A stretch of DNA of 32,388 nt. Origin: a virus. Lineage: Duplodnaviria > Caudoviricetes. The notes below the pieces were generated by a model. The model saw only the letters and a list, made by a program, of their open reading frames with translations, did not search any database and was not told the DNA's origin. The stretch lies in the IMG/VR virus record IMGVR_UViG_3300030606_000034, positions 1 through 32,388 of that record. One strand, given 5' to 3'. A program made the translations under genes and the position numbers. Positions 25,585 to 32,388 of the stretch are shown here, piece after piece (within the stretch, counting starts at the first letter, position 1; each line of letters begins with the position of its first letter).

Positions 25585-25737
25585 TCAGATTTTGCCGACA
25601 AGAAGCAGGATGACAAGGATCAGCAGTATCAGTCCAAGGCCACCGCCCAGCCTCAGGCCGCCGCCGTAGAAGCCGCTGGGATAGCCGCCGACCAGAATGA
25701 CGATCAGGATGATGATCAGTATGAGCGAGAGCGACAT
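25585..25737 (-). CDS. Small 2-TM protein, DUF3309-like (50 aa)
   Basis: MSLSLILIIILIVILVGGYPSGFYGGGLRLGGGLGLILLILVILLLVGKI, read manually. Confidence 0.7.
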   Translation of the reverse strand: MSLSLILIIILIVILVGGYPSGFYGGGLRLGGGLGLILLILVILLLVGKI

Positions 25738-25738
25738 G

Positions 25739-25999
25739 TCAGTTCACCTTGTCCCATTCGATAATCTTGTTCATGCGCGCGGAACATACCAGAAGTCCAG
25801 CCTCATTGACATCGCCCCGCTCGACGAAATCTCCTGTCACTTCTGGCCCGCCCGGCTTGCTCCAGATCGGCGGGCATGGCCGCTTCAGCGTAGCCGGAAT
25901 TCGTCGCTCGACCTTTTGATATTTAGTCACCACCTGCGGCTTTGGTGCGGTCGTACACGCCACGCAAAGCAGGAGGAACAGGCAGCTTGAGATACGCAT
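25739..25999 (-). CDS. o-spanin (Rz1-like lipoprotein)
   Basis: MRISSCLFLLLCVAC lipobox; Pro/Cys content; overlaps the i-spanin 3' end. Confidence 0.8.
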   Translation of the reverse strand: MRISSCLFLLLCVACTTAPKPQVVTKYQKVERRIPATLKRPCPPIWSKPGGPEVTGDFVERGDVNEAGLLVCSARMNKIIEWDKVN

Positions 26000-26306
26000 C
26001 AACGTCAACATCTTTCGCCCTCAGATCGGCCAGCGCTTTCGCGACTGACAGCGCAGTGTTATTGGCCACATCGATCTCGTCGGCCAGTTCGGCCGCCAGC
26101 TTGTCGGCGTGGTTCTTTTCGGCCTGTAGACGGCCCATGACTTCCTCGTTGTGCTCGTTCACGGCCACGGCCGCGTCGCGATCCCGAACCGCCGCATCAC
26201 GCAGCACGATCGCGTCGCGCGCCTCCACCTTGTAATGATAGGCGACGAGTGCCGTTGACAGAAGCGCGATCAGGCCAATGCCGCCAACCCACGCGGTGAT
26301 GCTCAC
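25923..26306 (-). CDS. i-spanin (Rz-like)
   Basis: N-terminal TM, Ala-rich coiled coil and C-terminal PVP; overlaps the lipoprotein gene. Confidence 0.8.
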   Translation of the reverse strand: MSITAWVGGIGLIALLSTALVAYHYKVEARDAIVLRDAAVRDRDAAVAVNEHNEEVMGRLQAEKNHADKLAAELADEIDVANNTALSVAKALADLRAKDVDVDAYLKLPVPPALRGVYDRTKAAGGD

Positions 26307-26809
26307 GGCGTCACCTTGAACGAGTTCGAGCTAACGTGGAGTTCCTTGCGGTAGTGTCCGCTGGGCCGGAGATACCATGAAGTCTGAACTATGTACTCGC
26401 CAGGCGTCAGGTCGCACTTGACCGGCCTTGTCCACCAATCGAGGTCGAATGCATCTGGCGGACCGTAGCCGGCGCTGTAGGTGTTCCAGTGGCGCGAGGA
26501 GCAGATGCGGGCCATACTGCCGTTCTCCTGCTTCTTCAGGACCGTAGCGGTGCGCATGGCCAAAACGGTACGGTGTACCTTTATCTCCTCCTGCATGATC
26601 GGCGACTGGCCAACCTTGGCGTCGTTGACGTGGACGAGGCTTATCTGCATCCAGTAGCTTGGCGGGAGAGCGCTAGACCAAAGCGCGGAACCAACGGTGT
26701 ACAGGATGGCGAGGCCGATCGCGACCATGGCAAACGGCCGTTGCGCCTCTATCGCGTTCCGCACAAGGCCCATGCTGAGTTTCTGCGAACTAAGCTCCGT
26801 CTTCATCAT
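26303..26809 (-). CDS. Single-TM protein in the lysis cassette
   Basis: GGAG SD; TM segment followed by a periplasmic beta domain with two Cys. Confidence 0.7.
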   Translation of the reverse strand: MMKTELSSQKLSMGLVRNAIEAQRPFAMVAIGLAILYTVGSALWSSALPPSYWMQISLVHVNDAKVGQSPIMQEEIKVHRTVLAMRTATVLKKQENGSMARICSSRHWNTYSAGYGPPDAFDLDWWTRPVKCDLTPGEYIVQTSWYLRPSGHYRKELHVSSNSFKVTP

Positions 26810-27146
26810 GTCTCCGCCTTCGCGACTGCCGCGTATCCAGAGGATCGACAAGGCGCAAACGGAAACCCTTGACGATGATTTCGATTATGACAATTCCGAC
26901 AACGCCCATAAGAAAACCACCAAGCGTTGCCCCGTTTTCTTCAGGCACGTTCACCACACCAAGGCCCCATTCTAGCATGGGAACGGCCAGCGGCGACAGA
27001 TACATGGCGCAAGCCGATCCGACGACGATCTTTCGAATGGCCGGAAGAACGCCGGTCCACTCCATTGCAACGGAAACGGCCGACCCGGAAAGGCCGGCCG
27101 TAAGGAGTTTTCCACTCTCGCCCTGTAGCCATTCCATGATGGTCAT
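26790..27146 (-). CDS. Putative holin
   Basis: Three hydrophobic segments and a charged C-terminus; follows the endolysin. Confidence 0.65.
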   Translation of the reverse strand: MTIMEWLQGESGKLLTAGLSGSAVSVAMEWTGVLPAIRKIVVGSACAMYLSPLAVPMLEWGLGVVNVPEENGATLGGFLMGVVGIVIIEIIVKGFRLRLVDPLDTRQSRRRRHDEDGA

Positions 27147-27185
27147 GCTGTTAAACCCCGCCCGCCCTGTTTAAGTTCCGCTCAG

Positions 27186-27707
27186 TCAGAGCTTTACCAC
27201 TACTTCCGCGCGAAAGCGATCTCCGCATTCCCGCGCCGTGTCGAACGAGGGATCGAAAGGCAGCTTGGCAATGTCCCACTTGCCGCGCTGCGGGATGCCG
27301 AGATTTGCCCCGACTTCGGCGTGCGACAAAACCGTCTTTGGCGTGACCTTGATGCCGTAGCGCCGGCACAGATCGGCGACGACTTCGGAGGCTTTGTCCC
27401 ATTGCGCCTTGGTCAGCGGGAACCTGCCGGCGTTGAATGGCCGTTCGACCGCGCCTGCCATGCAGCACAGCGACACGCCAATCGATCCGGTGTTGCACAT
27501 GCGCGTGTGCGCGGCATAGCCGGCCTTCGCCTTCGGCAAGGAGTTGAGCGCGATTGACGGCTTGCCCCTGATCAGCTTGCCATCGTTCTCGATCAGAATG
27601 TGGTAGTGCTTGCGATCGAAGTCGGACGCCTTGTGAGCGCCGGCCGTCCAGTGAAGGATGACGCGGGCGATCCGCGCGTCGGGCATCCAGTCTGATGGAA
27701 TTCTCAT
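27186..27707 (-). CDS. Endolysin, N-acetylmuramoyl-L-alanine amidase (Amidase_2)
   Basis: ILHWTAG, YHILI, AHT..N..SIGV, SHAEV and KWD Zn-amidase motifs. Confidence 0.9.
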   Translation of the reverse strand: MRIPSDWMPDARIARVILHWTAGAHKASDFDRKHYHILIENDGKLIRGKPSIALNSLPKAKAGYAAHTRMCNTGSIGVSLCCMAGAVERPFNAGRFPLTKAQWDKASEVVADLCRRYGIKVTPKTVLSHAEVGANLGIPQRGKWDIAKLPFDPSFDTARECGDRFRAEVVVKL

Positions 27708-27713
27708 TTGTTT

Positions 27714-27986
27714 CTATCCTTCCAGCATCTTCGCGGCGCGGGCCACAACCACAGGCGCCCACACGGTCGGCAAAAGCGAGCGGATCAGGGCCGCATCTTC
27801 CGGTGTGATCTCATGCTCGCCGCCATCTGCCACAGTCAGTGCGAGGTTGCCGCGCTTCATGGCTTGATCGAGCGACAGCGGTTCCTTGCCCGGTGCATTC
27901 AACGCATTGAGCGCCACGGCCCCAAGGTGGAATTCAAGTTCCTTGCCGTCCGGACCGGTGATCTTCTGAGAGAAGTCTATTTTCAT
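27714..27986 (-). CDS. Small protein downstream of the tail fibre (possible chaperone)
   Basis: MKIDFSQKI..DG...; AGGA SD; position immediately after the fibre gene. Confidence 0.7.
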   Translation of the reverse strand: MKIDFSQKITGPDGKELEFHLGAVALNALNAPGKEPLSLDQAMKRGNLALTVADGGEHEITPEDAALIRSLLPTVWAPVVVARAAKMLEG

Positions 27987-27996
27987 TTTTTGCTTC

Positions 27997-29802
27997 CTAT
28001 GCTGGCGTGATTGCCACACCGCCGTCAGACGGGAACCAACCGGCGGTCGCGCCGCTGGCGTTGGCGGTATAAAGCAGTTGATCGTCCGTGTTGTAGACGA
28101 CAACACCTTGGGTTTTTCCGGTCGTGTTGATCACGTTGCCTGCATCAGCTAGGGCGGCTGCGGTTGCCGCCTTATGGATAACATTCCCCGCTGAGTTGAT
28201 GACCGCCGAGCCGTTGACTTGAAACGCCCCGGCAATATTGATCGAGCCGGAGCCGGGATCGCCGCCAGTTGGAATGCCGACACGGAAGCCGGCCCCGAAA
28301 AACCCGCGCTTCACGCCGCTGTCGCACCAGCCAATGACGTTGGCACCCTCGCGATAAAAGCCTAAATCCGGGTCACTCAGGAAGGAGAAGGCCGGCGCAG
28401 TGGATGACCCGTTAGCGGCACGCACCAATCCGCCGCCCGCTGCGTTGTTGTTCCCCGTCACGGCGAAATAGGCATTCGCCTGCGTATCGTCGGATGTCGC
28501 AAAGGCAAAATAGTCAAACGCTCCACCGCCAGCCGGAGCCGAAGCCAGAAACGCCGCGAATGGGTTACCAACATGGGGTCGAATATTGACGCCAGAACTC
28601 TTGCCTGGGTGGAGAGAGGCTGCAAGATTAACCTGATGCCACCCTAGAAACACATGGAGATCAAGGAGGAATGTAACTCCATCTACGTCATAGGATCGGG
28701 TGGCCCACTCTGCTATCAGGTTGTTGCCCGTACCGTCAGCCGGCACGTTCGTCACCATGATTTTGTTGGAGCTACCTGAGTACAGCGCCGTATCGCCAAA
28801 CTCATTATTAATGGCGCGGCTCATGTTGGTTGTGACGGGTCCACGAACTCCCGAACCAATCGCATGGGCGGGGGCGCTTCCTGGGGTCCAGCCCTTTTTC
28901 TGCGCGTCAGTCCATACCGTGCCGTCTACTCGATTACCTCCAGACGCCCCACCGGACCCCCTGAAGTTGCTTACTATAGAAACAGCGTACCACGCAGTAT
29001 CCGCTCCATCGCCGGCATCGATGCTGTGTGTCGCGTCCGTATCGGAAACAAAGCGCTGCTGCGTTCTATTTGTAGAGCCAAATAGCGGACCAAGAAAGTT
29101 GGTCGGAGGGGCTGTCAGGTCGAACGTAAATCCACCATCCGCGTTCAGCGCCTTGACATTGAGTGCCGTTGCCGCTTCACCCGCCGTCGCCGTCGCCAGC
29201 AGCGCCAAGCCCGTCACGCCGGCCGCAACCGCCTGGAAAGCGGTGTTGGCTGCGTTGCGCAGCAGCATGGTGGAGGCGACGGCCGGCAGCGCCTCAACTG
29301 CATCAACTAATGCCTTGTTCTCAAGAGCCGTTCCTGCCGCGTTCCATCCGATGACCAGATCGGATTCCGGCAACGGCAGAGCCATGCCAGGTTCCCCGAC
29401 CGGCGCAAGTACGGCACGGTCCGTGATCTCCTTGACTTGCTGTATCTGCATTTCGAGAAAGTCGAATGCGCGCTCGTGGGTCGCCGGGAAGAACCCGCCC
29501 TGATTGCCGATCCGCGTCGGCTGCTCGTAAGGCACGATGCGGTATGGATAGACGATCATCCCTACCGCAATGGCATCGACCGGCGATACCGGGTAATGCA
29601 CGAAGCCGCCCGCATTGTTGTTGATGTAGTTGTCGGCGATCGTGAAGCCGGACAGGATTATCTGTTCGTTCTCGCCATCCGCATCAGTGATCCGCAACGC
29701 CATATGCGCCACGTTGTCGACTTTGAACGAGAACTGCCAGTCGCGGTTTACGCCATCCGCGATATGCGGGCCAGAGACGGGCGTTGTTGCGGTGACGGTC
29801 AT
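27997..29802 (-). CDS. Tail fibre/receptor-binding protein
   Basis: T7 gp17-like N-terminal anchor (ADG...F.F, R..PY.Q, HERAFD.L.M.IQQ); Gly/Ala-rich body with APAFSF.SD.D.G.YR motif. Confidence 0.85.
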   Translation of the reverse strand: MTVTATTPVSGPHIADGVNRDWQFSFKVDNVAHMALRITDADGENEQIILSGFTIADNYINNNAGGFVHYPVSPVDAIAVGMIVYPYRIVPYEQPTRIGNQGGFFPATHERAFDFLEMQIQQVKEITDRAVLAPVGEPGMALPLPESDLVIGWNAAGTALENKALVDAVEALPAVASTMLLRNAANTAFQAVAAGVTGLALLATATAGEAATALNVKALNADGGFTFDLTAPPTNFLGPLFGSTNRTQQRFVSDTDATHSIDAGDGADTAWYAVSIVSNFRGSGGASGGNRVDGTVWTDAQKKGWTPGSAPAHAIGSGVRGPVTTNMSRAINNEFGDTALYSGSSNKIMVTNVPADGTGNNLIAEWATRSYDVDGVTFLLDLHVFLGWHQVNLAASLHPGKSSGVNIRPHVGNPFAAFLASAPAGGGAFDYFAFATSDDTQANAYFAVTGNNNAAGGGLVRAANGSSTAPAFSFLSDPDLGFYREGANVIGWCDSGVKRGFFGAGFRVGIPTGGDPGSGSINIAGAFQVNGSAVINSAGNVIHKAATAAALADAGNVINTTGKTQGVVVYNTDDQLLYTANASGATAGWFPSDGGVAITPA

Positions 29803-29851
29803 AAGGCACTGCCCCTCTTGGTTCTACAGTATCGCAAGCCCTGGCAGCGGC

Positions 29852-32388
29852 TTATTTATTAGGTCTGCTTAACACAATGTCCCGCAGTTGGAAATCGTCA
29901 TCCTCGATCGCCTTCCAAACATTGTCGACCGTTGTTGCCAACTGCCCGACAGGAAGTCCGAGGGAATAGCCAGTCGTCTCGATCGTCTGCTTCACCAACT
30001 TGCGCGCGTCCGGATCATTGCCAGGATCGTCATCGAAATACTTGCTCACCATCTGGAACGGCTGGACAAGCAGTTCATCGACGACGCGCGCGGCCGGCGT
30101 GAAGCTGTAACCGTACCCACGATCGAACACACCGAAGGCATCACGCACGATCGGCACGGCAGAGAACGGATAGAACGCGATCTTTCGCGCCGCCCATTCC
30201 GACCATTCCTCATCCTCGGCTGGACCCTTGCCGACGAGAAGTTCGGCGACAACCGCAGGGCCGATCGTCATGAACACCTGGCGCGCGAGCAGCGACGTGA
30301 ACGACCCCTCGCCAGTCGAAATCTTGTGCGCCACGTCACGGCCCCACGTCCTTTGCCGGTTGTAGTACGCCGAGAAATACGAATAGAACATCGTCACCAG
30401 CTTGGTGAGTTCATTCCGCCGTGATATCGCCGCCAGGTCTTTCGGCCCGCCGCCGCCTTGAGTGAGACGCACCACCTTGTCCGCGTGCGCGATCGCGCCT
30501 TCCTCGTCGCCCGGCATTTTCTGGAGGTGATCCCGATACGCCGCCACCCACGTCGGAACGGTCACGACCCGATCCATGAAGCCGATGCCCCACATGGAGA
30601 ATTTGCGCGCCTGATCGGCGACGCTGGTCTTTCCCGTCAGAGCCTTGAGTTGATCGTTGATGTCGCGGTCCATGTTCGACGAGCGGTAGCGCATCATGCC
30701 GGACTTGGCGTTCACCTCCTCCCACATCGCGCGCGGCGACACGGTGAAATCCTTCATCGCCCCGGCCATCGCGTTGACAGGCACCATTTCCAGCGACGAG
30801 GAATAGCCGGCAAGCTGCGTCAGGATCGTCGAGATACGATAGCCCATACCCATGATCGTCGCGCGCGAGCGCACCGAACGGAACAGGTTTTCCACCGCGC
30901 CGAGGCCATCGTTCTTGTATTCGTCATGCGCGATCGACTGGAGCCACGGCACCATCTGCGAATATATTTCAGGACCGTAATGCGACGTGATCGCGGCGCG
31001 GACGTTCGGATTGGTCAGCAGTTTGTAAGCGTCGAGGATCGGCTCGCGGTGCGTCACGTCATGGACTACGGCCGTCAGGTGGCGAGCCGCGCCGTTGAGA
31101 TCGAACAGCAGAGGACGCGTATATTGCTGCGAGCGCTCCTTGGTGAAGCCGTGGCGCGTCTCAGGACGAAGGTATGTGTTTTCGAACAGGCGATCGGCCG
31201 CCGCCGCGCTGCGATCCTCGACATCGGTCGACCGGCTTGGATCGTACATCAGCGGATAGTATCCGCCCTTGAGATCGCCGAACGGCGTCGGCACCGTGCG
31301 CGCCTCGACCTTCTCAGGCTCGACGCCGGTCAGCTTGCGCTGCAATGCCGCGATCTCAGGCCACAAGGAATTGATCGTATCCCATATGCCCTGCACCGCC
31401 TGCCATTCCGCTTCGTTGAGGTTCGACGTGATGCGGGCAAGCGTGGCGTCGTCCCACGTCTCGCCGCGCTTCATCTTGTCCAGATTGCTTTCGTTGCCCA
31501 TGTTGAGCGCGACGGCCATCACATCGGAGCGCAGGAACGTCTGCCTAACGCCGGGAATGGTCAGCCGCTCGTTCAGGCGCTTCGGGTCTAGACCGCTCAT
31601 GATCCGCTGGAACTCGCCGACGACTTTGATCCGCATGTCGTTCTCGCGCGTCTCCGCGTCGGCGATCGGTTGCCAGACCAGGCGGCGCAGCGGACCATTG
31701 ATGTCCTTGCTGTCCATCCAGTCGAAGACGCTTTCCAGCTTGAGCAGCGACGCCTCGATGCTCTTTGCCTGGTTGATGACGCCGACGAACCGCGTCGGGT
31801 TGCGCGTCTTGGCCTCCTTCTTCAGAGGAGCCGAGGTTGCGACCGACGTTGTGATCTCGTCACGCTTGGCGTTGAACTTGCGCGCCTCGATGTCGCCGTA
31901 CACCGCCGCCCAGCGCCGGCCGATATGCTCGATCGACTTGACCGCATCACGCACGGCCATCAGATCGTCGACGGTCATCTGCCGGTATGGCTTGCGGAAC
32001 GCGTTGTCACGCACCACGTCGGGAATAGCGACCAGTTCGCCGGCCGCCTCCTGTTGCGTGATCCAGTCGACGAGCGAGGCGCGACGCTGTTCTTCGGTCA
32101 GGGTGATCGACTTGCGGAAGTCGAAGCGCTCCAGCAGGTTTGCAATCTGGTCAAGGCTTTCGCGCCATACGCCTTTCGGCTGGGAACGGCCGGTGAACTT
32201 GTTGATGTAGGTGACGGCCGACTGCACGTCCTTTTCGGCGAGCGCCGCCTCCTGCGCGATGTAGTGGTTCAGGAGTTGCCGCTTTTTCGCCGCAAGCGCT
32301 GTCGCCCAGTCGCCCTTGATGATCGCGCGTTCCGCTTCGGTCGCCGCCTTCATGTCCGCATTCTGATAGAGCTTCACCCGCAGCGCTT
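29852..32388 (-). CDS. Large internal virion (ejection) protein, C-terminal part
   Basis: More than 840 aa, helical, open to the window edge; GGYYPL.YD and T.FYSYF motifs; precedes the tail fibre as in podoviruses. Confidence 0.75.
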   Translation of the reverse strand, partial: ALRVKLYQNADMKAATEAERAIIKGDWATALAAKKRQLLNHYIAQEAALAEKDVQSAVTYINKFTGRSQPKGVWRESLDQIANLLERFDFRKSITLTEEQRRASLVDWITQQEAAGELVAIPDVVRDNAFRKPYRQMTVDDLMAVRDAVKSIEHIGRRWAAVYGDIEARKFNAKRDEITTSVATSAPLKKEAKTRNPTRFVGVINQAKSIEASLLKLESVFDWMDSKDINGPLRRLVWQPIADAETRENDMRIKVVGEFQRIMSGLDPKRLNERLTIPGVRQTFLRSDVMAVALNMGNESNLDKMKRGETWDDATLARITSNLNEAEWQAVQGIWDTINSLWPEIAALQRKLTGVEPEKVEARTVPTPFGDLKGGYYPLMYDPSRSTDVEDRSAAAADRLFENTYLRPETRHGFTKERSQQYTRPLLFDLNGAARHLTAVVHDVTHREPILDAYKLLTNPNVRAAITSHYGPEIYSQMVPWLQSIAHDEYKNDGLGAVENLFRSVRSRATIMGMGYRISTILTQLAGYSSSLEMVPVNAMAGAMKDFTVSPRAMWEEVNAKSGMMRYRSSNMDRDINDQLKALTGKTSVADQARKFSMWGIGFMDRVVTVPTWVAAYRDHLQKMPGDEEGAIAHADKVVRLTQGGGGPKDLAAISRRNELTKLVTMFYSYFSAYYNRQRTWGRDVAHKISTGEGSFTSLLARQVFMTIGPAVVAELLVGKGPAEDEEWSEWAARKIAFYPFSAVPIVRDAFGVFDRGYGYSFTPAARVVDELLVQPFQMVSKYFDDDPGNDPDARKLVKQTIETTGYSLGLPVGQLATTVDNVWKAIEDDDFQLRDIVLSRPNK

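Noticed and set aside
29734-29740. Plus-strand CTGCCAG inside the tail fibre gene
   Set aside because: It is on the non-coding strand, so it is not an mRNA target; counted as background.

Overview
This window is about 32 kb of a GC-rich tailed dsDNA phage, probably a podovirus with a BPP-1/epsilon15-like virion module. The host is most likely alphaproteobacterial (rhizobial), inferred from the STEETRYYLNG-type beta clamp. 1-5935 (minus strand) is the packaging arm: Tat lipoprotein, small ORFs, TerS, TerL and portal. An AT-rich divergent control region lies at about 6060-6440. 6445-15214 (plus strand) holds small early genes, a DNA polymerase III beta clamp and a zf-CHC2/TOPRIM/VirE primase-helicase. 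15316-18685 (minus strand) holds VRR-NUC, an SF2 helicase, an NrdR-like Zn ribbon and a Cro-like HTH. 18776-24095 (plus strand) holds HNH-AP2, a RecE-like exonuclease, RecT, an Acb2-like anti-CBASS sponge, a Mini-A/Spo11-like TOPRIM protein and a GIY-YIG fusion. 24096-32388 (minus strand) holds an internal virion protein, tail fibre, amidase, holin, spanins and an SGNH esterase. The most striking unexplained feature is a predicted ~75-nt three-hairpin small RNA (~15242-15321) with its own sigma70-like promoter and terminator. Its three loops are complementary to motifs recurring at the translation-initiation regions of at least ten dispersed genes on both strands, suggesting a genome-wide antisense regulon. 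All calls are made by eye; no database searches or folding programs were run.
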